Origin: an uncultured cyanobacterium
GTDB taxonomy: Bacteria > Cyanobacteriota > Cyanobacteriia > Cyanobacteriales > CAWCAG01
Direction: 5' to 3'
DNA length: 64,000 nt
Assembly: GCA_963793425.1 (NCBI GenBank)
Contig: CAWCAG010000007.1
Location: 1,056,001 to 1,120,000 of the forward strand
This document shows, piece by piece, positions 21,637 through 31,371 of the stretch. The position numbers and the translations under genes were made by a program. The notes beneath the pieces are model-generated. The model saw only the letters and a list, made by a program, of their open reading frames with translations. It searched no databases and was not told the DNA's origin. Position 1 is the first letter of the stretch; each line of letters opens with the position of its first letter.

Positions 21637-22959
21637 TTAATGATTAATGATCATCGCCTCATTTATGGGTAACCAAACAATAAAAGTAGTTCCAGGGGCT
21701 AATAGATTATCTTCTCGCCCTTCAACAGGACTAATCAACTCAATTTCCCCCTGCATTTGTTCTAGCAATTCCTTCGCGATCGCTAAACCCAAACCACTAC
21801 CTTGAATATCTCCTTGGGATTGTACCCCCCGATAATGACGCTCAAAAATATGTTTTTGATCTTGGGGAGGAATACCTGGCCCCTCGTCGTAAATAGCAAT
21901 ACCTTGAAAAATTGTTTGAGCTGTTTGTCTTTCTAAACTACGAAGATAAATCTTTCCCCCTGGAGGAGTATATTTTAAGGCATTATCAATTAAATTATTG
22001 AGAACTTCCCTTAAAGCTAAAGGATTTGCTTTAACCGGAGGTAAATCAGGGGCAATCTCTGAAATTAATTGGAGCTTTCTTTCTTGGGCGATCGCCTCAG
22101 CAGAAATCAACAGGGGTTCTAAAACTTCTTCTACTTGAAAAGATGATAACTCTAGCTTGCCGGGTAACAAAGATAGTGTTGAGTTTCCCGACGCTTTTGA
22201 ACTAGCCTCAAGAATCAAAGACTCCTCTTCTACCTCCATTTGCTCAAGATAAAGATCCATTTGTTGCAACAATTCTTGAAGACGATCGCTTTCACGAATC
22301 ATACTCTTAGCCAGTTTGTGGTTGCGATCTCCAGGCAACAAACGCTTCAACAACAATTTACTAAAAGTACGTAAAGCAGTTAAAGGATTGCGTAATTGAT
22401 GGAGCAAATCATCTAATCGATCCTTTTGATTGAGGGCAAAGTTCTTTTGCTCATTTAACTTCTGTTTGTACCATTTTTGCCTTTTATCCAACAAATAAGC
22501 AATAGTTAATGTTCTAGCAATATTTTCAATTTGAGCCAACTCATTATCATTCCAGTCGCGATCTTCGCGCCTAGTTACCAACAAACCCATAACAACTTCT
22601 TCATGGATCAAGGGCAAAACTATTTGATGTTGACCTAATAAAAGCTCTTCAACTAATATTTCTCCATTCCGAGACTGGGAATTAGTAGCATCAGTTTCTG
22701 TTTCGGTTTTATTTATTCCATCAAGTAATTTCGGACTAGAGTCAACCTGTCTCCAAGTTTCTGGAGATAAAGCTAAAGTCTGCTTATTCTGCCAAACTGC
22801 TACTTCAGGATGAACTGCTACAGGTATCAATTTACGGCTTTCCTCTAGCCACCCTTGGGTCAAATAAACAGCACTCCAAGCTGCACCTAACGTTTTAGTT
22901 AGGATAGCAATCTGAGCTTGACAGAGGGCGACAAATTCTTGGCTAGCTGGAACGAACAT
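21637..22959 (-). CDS. GAF-domain sensor histidine kinase, Hik2/CSK-like
   Basis: N-terminus PASQEFVALCQAQ...AVYLT, LLHQLRNPLTALRTF H-box, HATPase; ATG 22959 preferred. Confidence 0.85.
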   Translation of the reverse strand: MFVPASQEFVALCQAQIAILTKTLGAAWSAVYLTQGWLEESRKLIPVAVHPEVAVWQNKQTLALSPETWRQVDSSPKLLDGINKTETETDATNSQSRNGEILVEELLLGQHQIVLPLIHEEVVMGLLVTRREDRDWNDNELAQIENIARTLTIAYLLDKRQKWYKQKLNEQKNFALNQKDRLDDLLHQLRNPLTALRTFSKLLLKRLLPGDRNHKLAKSMIRESDRLQELLQQMDLYLEQMEVEEESLILEASSKASGNSTLSLLPGKLELSSFQVEEVLEPLLISAEAIAQERKLQLISEIAPDLPPVKANPLALREVLNNLIDNALKYTPPGGKIYLRSLERQTAQTIFQGIAIYDEGPGIPPQDQKHIFERHYRGVQSQGDIQGSGLGLAIAKELLEQMQGEIELISPVEGREDNLLAPGTTFIVWLPINEAMIINH

Positions 22960-23362
22960 GAAGTTGGACTCAAGTATTTTTCTTCCCACTATGGATTTAG
23001 GGAGTGGGCTTTTTCATAAATTTCTGCAACAATAAGTTCATGATAGTATTTCAACCTACAATACTTTTGTTTTTGGTATTTTTAGGTCTGAAATATTTTT
23101 GAGGAGTTCCTGGCTTTAATCTTGGCTTGTGATACATCAACGCCTCAATTTATACTTTTTGTTAAAAAAATCACTTTTTTTACGAAAGCCGCTCAAACCT
23201 AGTTTTCATCAGGGATTATAGCCAATAATGTACATTGTATTTGCACGATTAGCAACTATAAATTGCTACCAAGTGGTTGATATTTTTGGTGAAACCGGAT
23301 ATACTTTCGACGGCTTTTGTAACGATGATTACAGCTATTAGCCGAAATAGGAGGTAAGCAGG

Positions 23363-23677
23363 TTGGCAAGAAAACGCAAGCGCAAAAGTCGTCGCCGTCA
23401 AGAAGGACGTAAAATTCTCGAATTAGTACCACAGCATAATTTAGAGAGCGGCGAGGACAAACCAGTGACAGCAGCACGCAAATACATTGCTTCTGAGGGA
23501 ATTGCTCCCCCAGCTTTGTTAGTCGTTAAACGGAATGAGCATACAACAGACCGCTATTTTTGGGCAGAAAAAGGTTTATTTGGCGCTCAATATGTTGAAG
23601 AAAACCATTTTCTTTTTCCCAGTTTGCGGACAATTAATCCTCAGCAAAAAGTTCTTGTAAATGCTGGAAGCAATTAA
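23363..23677 (+). CDS. Conserved cyanobacterial protein DUF3155
   Basis: ARKRKRKSRRRQEGRKILE...RNEHTTDRYFWAEKGLFGAQY; GGAGG RBS with TTG start. Confidence 0.85.
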   Translation: MARKRKRKSRRRQEGRKILELVPQHNLESGEDKPVTAARKYIASEGIAPPALLVVKRNEHTTDRYFWAEKGLFGAQYVEENHFLFPSLRTINPQQKVLVNAGSN

Positions 23678-23791
23678 TTACTTCCAGCGATTTATAATAA
23701 TTACTCTTTCGTTTTTTCTTTTTCATTGCCATTAACTATAACTAAATGGTCTGTGACAATGAACTTTATGAACTAAGCGTAGAATTATTTT

Positions 23792-23882
23792 TTTGCTCGT
23801 CTCCGGTTTGATATAAACGAATCGGAGACTAAACATAAAACTTATTGACCCTACTCATTCTTTCTTTATGGGTAGGGTTTTT
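23792..23882 (+). ncRNA. Candidate small RNA, PsrR1(SyR1)-like
   Basis: -10 TAGAAT at 23780-85; hairpin GTCTCCGGTTTG-ATATAAA-CGAATCGGAGAC; A-rich linker; terminator ACCCTACTCAT...ATGGGTAGGGTTTTT; PsrR1 resemblance is from memory. Confidence 0.5.
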
Positions 23883-23887
23883 AATAT

Positions 23888-24430
23888 TTATTTTGATAAG
23901 CTAGCAATTCTGAGAGGCCAGGCTTGCTTCAGTTGTGCTAGCTCATCGCGATGCCCTGTGACGGTCACAAGACTTTGTTGGTTATTACTATCATCTTGCT
24001 CTATTTTTAAAGCTACTTCCTCAATACGGCCAGCTTTCCGCCAATAAAATATTCCTGATAGTGGTGCTAGTATGGTTAGCAACAGAAATAGACCACCAGA
24101 AGCAGGAAAAAGGAAAGACAGCACCACAGCTAAACAAAGTAAGGCACAAACTGCTAAAACAGTCAAGAAAATTGCCAAAAACAAGCTGGGTTTAACAAAT
24201 CCTTGGAAAATAACTAAATTGTCTTGGGGTTCACTAGAAGCTACTCGATAAGCTCTCTGGGAAAAATATTGTTGCAAGGCCGGGCGAAGAGATTCCGCCG
24301 ATTCTTCTGCAACAAGTTGTAATTGTTCAATCCTTTCTTTAACCGAGGCCCGAATAAAAAAGAATAGACCCACCATCAATAACAAAGTTAAGAAAAAAGT
24401 AGAAGAAAGAATAGGATTATTCACAATCAT
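23888..24430 (-). CDS. ccb1: Cofactor assembly of complex C subunit B (CCB1, DUF3529)
   Basis: STFFLTLLLMVGLFFFIRASVKER, FQGFVKPS, FYWRKAGR, GHRDEL. Confidence 0.85.
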   Translation of the reverse strand: MIVNNPILSSTFFLTLLLMVGLFFFIRASVKERIEQLQLVAEESAESLRPALQQYFSQRAYRVASSEPQDNLVIFQGFVKPSLFLAIFLTVLAVCALLCLAVVLSFLFPASGGLFLLLTILAPLSGIFYWRKAGRIEEVALKIEQDDSNNQQSLVTVTGHRDELAQLKQAWPLRIASLSK

Positions 24431-24693
24431 CTAAAAAATAAGCCAAACACTATGTATAACATTGATGGTAGCGGGTGATGGGAATCTAGAAAGGATTAAT
24501 CAAGACCTTGCCCTTTTTTTGTTCCTAGACTTAAAAATAAGTCATCCCTAAGACAGGGTGATAATCAATCAAAAGATTATAATATTAACCTCTAACTAAT
24601 TATCAATGCAGCTATCTTCAGAAAAGAAGCCGTTGAATAATTTAGGAGATCATCAAATCCTTTCTTATTCCCTAACCCAAGTAGCATCAAACA

Positions 24694-25047
24694 CTACATA
24701 GCTTGACTTTCTCTAGCGATGTAATCTCGCCAGAAGCTAGCTAATTCCTCAGTTTGCTTCCGAGCCATGGAACAAACTTGATACATCCGGCGAGGGCGGC
24801 CTCGTCCTTCAACTTTTTTCCAGTAACCTGTAATCGTCCCTTCTTCTTCCAGGAATTTCAGGGCGCTATAGAGAACCGTATCAGATAGTCGATAGGTTGG
24901 ATACCTCTTTTCTAATAACTCAATGAGTTCTGTTCCGTAAGATTCTCCTTGTAAAAGAACTGACAGTACATAACATACAGCTAGCTCTTTGTTCAAATAG
25001 AGTGGAGGAGGATTGCGGAAGAATTTGTAGATATCATCAAATTTCAT
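24694..25047 (-). CDS. pex: PadR-family regulator Pex (circadian period extender)
   Basis: FDDIYKFF.NPPP.YL.KELAVCY, YRLSDTVLYSAL.FL, GRGRPRRMY. Confidence 0.88.
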   Translation of the reverse strand: MKFDDIYKFFRNPPPLYLNKELAVCYVLSVLLQGESYGTELIELLEKRYPTYRLSDTVLYSALKFLEEEGTITGYWKKVEGRGRPRRMYQVCSMARKQTEELASFWRDYIARESQAM

Positions 25048-25140
25048 GTGCATGTGTATTACTCGTCAAACTGCCCAATCAATATGATTGATTGAGAGAT
25101 CCTACTAATTAGTGAACTGACGATACACTCCTGATGGAAG

Positions 25141-25188
25141 CAAAGAAAAAAGTTATTGATCCTCCGCTGCTTCCTGGCGGGTCAATAA
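25141..25188 (-). terminator. Intrinsic-terminator-like hairpin upstream of pex, same sense
   Basis: Minus strand TTATTGACCCGC-CAGGAAGCA-GCGGAGGATCAATAA followed by CTTTTTTCTTTG. Confidence 0.5.
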
Positions 25189-25862
25189 ATCAAGTGAAAA
25201 ACCTTGGTTGCTTTAGTCCATGTAGATAGAATAGATAGAACAAGTTTTGGGCGCTATTAGCTAATACAATTCTATATACTCTCGTCAGGGTTATACAGCA
25301 AATTTGGAGAGAGTATTTTGCCCGTAAGTACCAAATGCCCCTGATATGAGACGTAGAAAAGCGAACTGATGTTGCCTTTTGTTGAACATTTATTTGCATT
25401 TAAAGCTCTAAGTTCTGGTAGGCGTTTGGTATCTGCGAACCCTGCGGATTAAATCTTCTGGGAAAACACTGTTCAGTTGGAGGAAGAAACTGCTGCCCAA
25501 GTTATACTAGGGGCTAATAGAAAGCTAACAAAGCTGGGTAGAGCAATTTAACCTGTATTTGCTTAATTCGGGTAACACTTTTAAAGTATCCTGAGACAGC
25601 TTTTATACTATAACGGCTAACAGCACTTTCTAGATATACTCATAGCAGATGTTTCCCATTTCTTTTAGGAACTAAACTTATTAGCTTTTAGATCCAGTTT
25701 TATCATGGAGAAAAGAGGGGGAACTTTTCGTAGCAAAAAATACATTTAGGTTTCCTTGCTGAACTACTGACAAAAAATAAGACAACATTTTGCACACCCC
25801 GTTTTAAGTTACGGCAATTTCTTTGATAAAGCAAATAAAACTTCCCAAGATGCGAAAATCCT

Positions 25863-26435
25863 ATGAATGAACAGTCTCAACTTTCTTCTTCCTTGCGCCC
25901 TGAAGTAGAACGCGCTTCCTTAGCGATGAAGTCGTGCGGTTCTATCGGTTTTTGGATACAACTGGTTTTAGGAGTCATCTCCACCGTAACTGTTTTGTTT
26001 GCTAGTCCTGGTTTATTGAATGGGGAACAGTCTACTCCTGGGGCTGAATTTGGCATTTTTTGCGCCATTTGCGGTTTGGTCGCCCTTTGTGGAGGTATTT
26101 ACTATTCTTTCCGTTATAGAACCATTGCTAAGCTGCTCAGAAGTCCTGACGTGGCTCAACGCCCTAAGAAAGCAGATACGATTAGAGTTATTAGGATGGG
26201 GCTAATGATTAACTTAATCGGTATGGTAATTACCATTATTGGTGCAGAAGCCATTGTAGGTATTGTTTTAGCTAAAACCCTCAGTATTGCCCAAGGAACT
26301 CTTGCTACTCCCAATACAACTCAGTTTGTTAAACCCATTGACTTATTTATAATTCAAGCCAATACCAACACTATTACTGCCCATTTTGCCGGGGTTCTTG
26401 CTTCTCTTTGGTTATTGAACAGAATTACCCGTTAA
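25863..26435 (+). CDS. DUF3611 family membrane protein (Tic21/PIC1-like)
   Basis: [37 protein letters not shown]. Confidence 0.8.
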   Translation: MNEQSQLSSSLRPEVERASLAMKSCGSIGFWIQLVLGVISTVTVLFASPGLLNGEQSTPGAEFGIFCAICGLVALCGGIYYSFRYRTIAKLLRSPDVAQRPKKADTIRVIRMGLMINLIGMVITIIGAEAIVGIVLAKTLSIAQGTLATPNTTQFVKPIDLFIIQANTNTITAHFAGVLASLWLLNRITR

Positions 26436-26514
26436 AGTAGTGTCTCTTGTTGGGCAAAACAGGATATTCTACAAAAAGAAAAGATATAGTCATCAGCCAT
26501 TAAATTTTAAGTTT

Positions 26515-27798
26515 GTGCTAGACCTTAAGCAAATTAGAGATAACCAAGCTTCTGTTCAAGAGCGACTTGATAGTCGCAGCGCTGGAGGTTATATTCTCCA
26601 GCCTATTTTAGACTTGGACAAACAGCAGCGAGAATTAGAAACCAAGCGGACTCAATTACAAGCCCGTAGCAACGAAATTGGTAAACTAATTGGGCAGAAA
26701 ATTAAGGGGGGAACAAATCCCCAAAGTGAAGAAATTCAAGCCTTGAAGAGTGAAGGTAACCAAGTTAAAGTTTCCTTGGCTGAGTTGGAACCCCAAGAAA
26801 AAGCACTGAAGCAAGAACGCTTGCAGTTGTTATTAACTTTGCCCAACTTACCTAGCAAATCAACTCCTCTGGGGAAAAGCGAAGCAGAGAATGTCGAAGT
26901 TAGGCGTTGGGGAGATGACTATTTACCAAGCAATGCAGCCATTCTGCCCCACTGGGAAATAGGAGAAAAGTTAGGGATTCTTGATTTTGCCAGAGCAGTT
27001 AAGGTTTCTCAAAGTCGTTTTGTCAGCTTAATTGGGGCTGGGGCAGCCTTAGAAAGGGCTTTGATTAGTTTTATGCTTGATAAGCAAATTGAGGCGGGTT
27101 ACGTCGAAGTGATGCCCCCTGTGTTGATTAATAGCGATAGCCTGCAAGGTACGGGACAGTTACCGAAATTTGCTGAAGAAAGTTTTAAGTGCCAAGATGA
27201 CGATTTGTGGTTAACTCCCACAGCAGAAGTTCCTTTAACCAACCTTTATCGGGAAGAGGTTTTAGAAGCGAGTCAATTACCCATAAATCATTGTGCTTAC
27301 ACTCCCTGTTTTCGTCGCGAAGCAGGAAGTTATGGTAAGGATACTAGGGGCTTGATTCGCTTGCACCAATTTAACAAAGTAGAATTAGTGAAGCTAGTTC
27401 ATCCTGAGCAATCGGAGGAAGAACATCAAAATTTAGTTGGGAATGCAGAGGCTATTCTTCAAGCTTTAAAGTTGCCCTATCGAGTATTAGAACTATGTAC
27501 AGGAGACCTAGGCTTCAGCGCAGCAAAATGTTATGACTTAGAGGTGTGGTTGCCCTCTTCTGGAAAATACAGAGAAATTTCTAGTTGTTCTAACTGTAGA
27601 GATTTTCAAGCAAGAAGAGCTAATATTCGTTTTAAGGAAGGGGGTAAAAAGGGGACTCAATGGGTTCATACCCTTAACGGTTCAGGATTAGCTGTCGGGC
27701 GTACTATGTCAGCAATTTTGGAAAACTATCAGCAACCTGATGGTACGGTAAAGATTCCAGAGGTGTTGCAAGCTTATTTGGGGCGAGAAATTTTGTAA
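26515..27798 (+). CDS. serS: Serine--tRNA ligase
   Basis: [52 protein letters not shown] 26515 preferred. Confidence 0.97.
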   Translation: MLDLKQIRDNQASVQERLDSRSAGGYILQPILDLDKQQRELETKRTQLQARSNEIGKLIGQKIKGGTNPQSEEIQALKSEGNQVKVSLAELEPQEKALKQERLQLLLTLPNLPSKSTPLGKSEAENVEVRRWGDDYLPSNAAILPHWEIGEKLGILDFARAVKVSQSRFVSLIGAGAALERALISFMLDKQIEAGYVEVMPPVLINSDSLQGTGQLPKFAEESFKCQDDDLWLTPTAEVPLTNLYREEVLEASQLPINHCAYTPCFRREAGSYGKDTRGLIRLHQFNKVELVKLVHPEQSEEEHQNLVGNAEAILQALKLPYRVLELCTGDLGFSAAKCYDLEVWLPSSGKYREISSCSNCRDFQARRANIRFKEGGKKGTQWVHTLNGSGLAVGRTMSAILENYQQPDGTVKIPEVLQAYLGREIL

Positions 27799-27838
27799 CT
27801 AGCAAACAGTAGGAAAAGAAATAAAGCAATGGGTAGGT

Positions 27839-30820
27839 TTAATTTTGTCGTTTAACAAAAGGAATCTCATCTTCTTCAGCCAACTCTTGAGAAACTTGAT
27901 AAGCTCCATAACGGTTAAGATGACTAGGATCAGTAAATAACTGATTTTGCCCAGACAAAATACTCATAAAATCAATAAAAATTAAATCTGTTTTCGTTTC
28001 AGTACGATTCATATATTGAGCAAATTCTCTTTCATATTTGCGGCGAATCGGATCTAAATATTGCTCAGTTAAAGGCAAATTGACGAAAACCAAACTGCTG
28101 TTTTGAGTTGCTAAAAATTGCAACAAGTTTTGCACAGCTTGGTCTTGTTCTCCATCTAAACGAAAAGAATTATAGTCCCCATCATAGTTTCCTGAAACTA
28201 GGGGATGCTTTTGATAATAAGTTTTGGGGTCAAAGCGTTCTGAAAGAGGCAGAAAACCATTAATATCAATAGCTGTTGCCCCTTGCTCTGGGTTTAATTC
28301 CTCAATTTCTTCTTGAGAAGAAGCAGAGCTAACTAAGCTAGCAAATTGATCTCTAAATAGAGCCTTGAGGCGATCGCGCTGGGGATAAACTCCAGAAATA
28401 TTACCCAATAACTCATTAACCCAATCATTAGCAACTTCATAATTACTAGTTAAATTAGCTTTAGTAAGATTCTTCTCTTGGGGAGCATTCGCAAAGTTAC
28501 CGGCGTTTAATTTTTGATAACCTGCTGAATTAATAATCGCCTGGTAAGTTAAATCTTCCCTACCACTATTAAAAGCCCTCGCCCCATCAGCCCAAATAAT
28601 TAGTTTAGGTAATTCTTCCGGACTCAAAAGGCGACGCAGAATAAAATCTACCACTTGAGCTGTGGCACCGTTAACACCGAAATTGAAAACTTCCAAATCT
28701 CCATAGCCTTGTTGAGCCAAAGTTTCTTGTAAACCTTGAGGATCTACCCCCCGCAAAGCACGAGAACTGCCCACAACTAAGACATCGGGAGGGCTTCCTT
28801 TTTCCTTAACCTGTTGTTGATAAAGAGCAAGTTTTTCATCTAATAGTCGGTTATTAAAAGAAGGATTATCAGAACGAGCAGAAGCTAGTATCGCTGCGGT
28901 AGAAGCATCGGGACGAGATAAGCCTTCCGAACCAATACGGCTTTGGCCTTTTTGAGTAAATTGTTCCCCATTAAAAACTCCCTCAGTTTCCCCAGAAATT
29001 GCTGGGGAAGTTGGAGAAGAGGGTAGAAGTTCATCTTCAAAATCTGCTAATAAATTTTGCTCCTGTTCTTTCGCTTGGAAGCTATATTGCAGCCATAAGC
29101 CTAGTAACCTATCCGTTGCCAAAGCACAGGTTAACCCCAAAGTTGCCCAAGCAATAGCTGCTCTTATACCTTTACGAGTTAGAGTAGGGGCCAAAGTAGG
29201 TTGCTGGCCAGGAACAAAAAATCTGGAGAGACAAAGAATTTGCTTCAGAAATTGACTAGTTCCTGTCCCTATTTTGGTAAAGCTTTGCGGAGTAGTTTGC
29301 TCTTGTTGTTGAGTAAGTATAGCTTCATCATCGGTAGCAGTTTCTACCTTATGAGGATAGTTCTCTGTCTCCTCAAATTCCGGAGTTGCTTCAACTGCTA
29401 AACTTTTACGACTAACAAAATCAACTCCCCGACTCCAAGTCGCTGAAGAATTGCCAGCACGACGGCCATAAATTCTCACTCCCACAATTTGAGGGATAGA
29501 AAGTTGACGTAGTAAACTTTCTATTGGTGGGACGATTTCTTGAGAAGGACAGGTAATACCCTCGCACATAATATGCAGAAGATTTTGTTTACGGCATAGC
29601 CGAACTCTAATCCCTCCTAACCTCAAAAGTTCGTCAAGCTCCGGGTTGAGTAACCTTTGCAGCAAGAAAGTAAGGGACTTTTTATCACCTTGTTGAGCCA
29701 GAGAATAAGCAGAAAATCCCTCTCCTGTTTGGATTAAGTTTAACCACTTAATCCAAACAGGTACTTCTGAACCATGGGCATTAACTGGATGATCAACATT
29801 GGCGAAGTTAACCATACCAGACTCATTTTTTTGTGTTGCCTTTTTAATCTTAGGATTTTGAATGCCATAAACTGTAGCAGACTCAATTCCTTGAGGCTTG
29901 AGAAGCTCTAAGATCGGTGAAATTGCTTCCATAGCATTGTCTTGGTTAGGAGCGCCTTTATGGACTTCCTGAGCCGAAGATACAACGCTAGCGAACAAAT
30001 GTAGGGTTACGTCCTTAAGAACAGCCCTGACTTCCATACCTTGGTCTTGCAATTCTTCATTGAGCAAGCGAGTTAAAGCCTGAATATCTCCCCACTTAGC
30101 CCAATTTTTGAGCATCTGCTTTGAAGATGTTAAATCTACCCGTAAAGTCCAATCAGGACGTTCTTCCCCCCTTACCTGCGCTCTCACAACAGCCTCTTTA
30201 TGCCCTTCTAGTTCTAAGGCTCGTAGCTTTTGAGCAATGGGTTCAGCCAGCAAGGAGGGATCAGGACTGTAATTACAACTGCAAATTACCCAGAGCCGCC
30301 GCTCAGGAATTTTTTCTGCTTCCTCAACATCAGGAAGCTTTTGCAGAATTACCTTAACGCTGACCCCCAAGTGAGAAAGAACCGCACTGAGATAGCGAGC
30401 AATAGCGGTTGGATAACCGGAACGAGCTAAATTTTTATGGGAATCTAGGGAGTGTCTTTCGCCTTCAGGTAAAGACGATTTTTCTGGATTGAGAGTAATA
30501 GTTTTGATCCAAGCAAAACTATTTTGACCAATCTCCTTGCCATAAATAACTACTTGGTAAATAGTCTCTTTATGATCTAAAGCGAAAATTTTTTGCTGCC
30601 CTTGGGAAGATTTGAGGATTTTACCTAATCGAGGTACAAGCTTAGTTGCTTGGGGACAATGATGATCTTCACAAAGTACCAAAAGATTATTCCCCTTCAA
30701 ACGCACTCGCAAGCGTATACTCAGTGGCTCTTGTTCAGGTTTTTGGAGGGCCTGATACAACCACTGAGAAAAAGAGAGATTACGAGTTTTAGGATGGTTT
30801 CGATCTACATCCAACATCAC
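27839..30820 (-). CDS. Large membrane protein with C-terminal SGNH-like domain (DUF1574-type)
   Basis: Repeated N-terminal domains, one TM helix, VGSSRALRG, NFGVNGAT, DPSHLN. Confidence 0.75.
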   Translation of the reverse strand: MMLDVDRNHPKTRNLSFSQWLYQALQKPEQEPLSIRLRVRLKGNNLLVLCEDHHCPQATKLVPRLGKILKSSQGQQKIFALDHKETIYQVVIYGKEIGQNSFAWIKTITLNPEKSSLPEGERHSLDSHKNLARSGYPTAIARYLSAVLSHLGVSVKVILQKLPDVEEAEKIPERRLWVICSCNYSPDPSLLAEPIAQKLRALELEGHKEAVVRAQVRGEERPDWTLRVDLTSSKQMLKNWAKWGDIQALTRLLNEELQDQGMEVRAVLKDVTLHLFASVVSSAQEVHKGAPNQDNAMEAISPILELLKPQGIESATVYGIQNPKIKKATQKNESGMVNFANVDHPVNAHGSEVPVWIKWLNLIQTGEGFSAYSLAQQGDKKSLTFLLQRLLNPELDELLRLGGIRVRLCRKQNLLHIMCEGITCPSQEIVPPIESLLRQLSIPQIVGVRIYGRRAGNSSATWSRGVDFVSRKSLAVEATPEFEETENYPHKVETATDDEAILTQQQEQTTPQSFTKIGTGTSQFLKQILCLSRFFVPGQQPTLAPTLTRKGIRAAIAWATLGLTCALATDRLLGLWLQYSFQAKEQEQNLLADFEDELLPSSPTSPAISGETEGVFNGEQFTQKGQSRIGSEGLSRPDASTAAILASARSDNPSFNNRLLDEKLALYQQQVKEKGSPPDVLVVGSSRALRGVDPQGLQETLAQQGYGDLEVFNFGVNGATAQVVDFILRRLLSPEELPKLIIWADGARAFNSGREDLTYQAIINSAGYQKLNAGNFANAPQEKNLTKANLTSNYEVANDWVNELLGNISGVYPQRDRLKALFRDQFASLVSSASSQEEIEELNPEQGATAIDINGFLPLSERFDPKTYYQKHPLVSGNYDGDYNSFRLDGEQDQAVQNLLQFLATQNSSLVFVNLPLTEQYLDPIRRKYEREFAQYMNRTETKTDLIFIDFMSILSGQNQLFTDPSHLNRYGAYQVSQELAEEDEIPFVKRQN

Positions 30821-30904
30821 TGTTCACAAATCTGGGATTAGTTAAGAGACTCAAGGTAAAAAGTATTAAAATGCCATATTAAGTAACTTTATAATAGATA
30901 AGCA

Positions 30905-31156
30905 ATGCCACCAGAATACAAAAATTCCTCACAAAGTGCAGCTTGGGATCTTTCTAAATTACCAATCAACCCAGAAAATGTCTTGAGTTTTTTGACAATG
31001 CCTTTTTTACTCGGTGTTATGGCAGCAGACTCTATTGCTGAATCATTAATAGATTTGGGACAAGCTAGCGAAGAAATTTTTAGAGGTGATCATTTACCAT
31101 TACTCCATCTTCCCCCATTAAATGAGGAACAAGAAACAGAAAATCACTCTAAATAG
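30905..31156 (+). CDS. Conserved small cyanobacterial hypothetical protein
   Basis: T.PFLLG...LGQASEEIFRGD.LPLL motif, upstream of ppc. Confidence 0.7.
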   Translation: MPPEYKNSSQSAAWDLSKLPINPENVLSFLTMPFLLGVMAADSIAESLIDLGQASEEIFRGDHLPLLHLPPLNEEQETENHSK

Positions 31157-31371
31157 TACTCAAATCCTCCATCTTACTAGAATATGAATTCTCCATTCAG
31201 TGTTTACTTGTGCTACAAAGTAAACCACTAACCCATACAATCATAAAAGCGCTACCTAAACGCCCTAAGCGTTTTTGATTAAGATCAAAAAACACCAAAA
31301 TCATCCAGGGGCGCAAATTCAAGTGTTTTTTGCAAGTAGGTTATAGTTTTTTTTAGTGGGGACAGGCAGTT

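Noticed and set aside
25200..25650. c-di-AMP (ydaO) riboswitch upstream of pex
   Set aside because: Could not find the conserved GCTGAATCC or AGCTAAC-CCGTAGG-type segments on either strand
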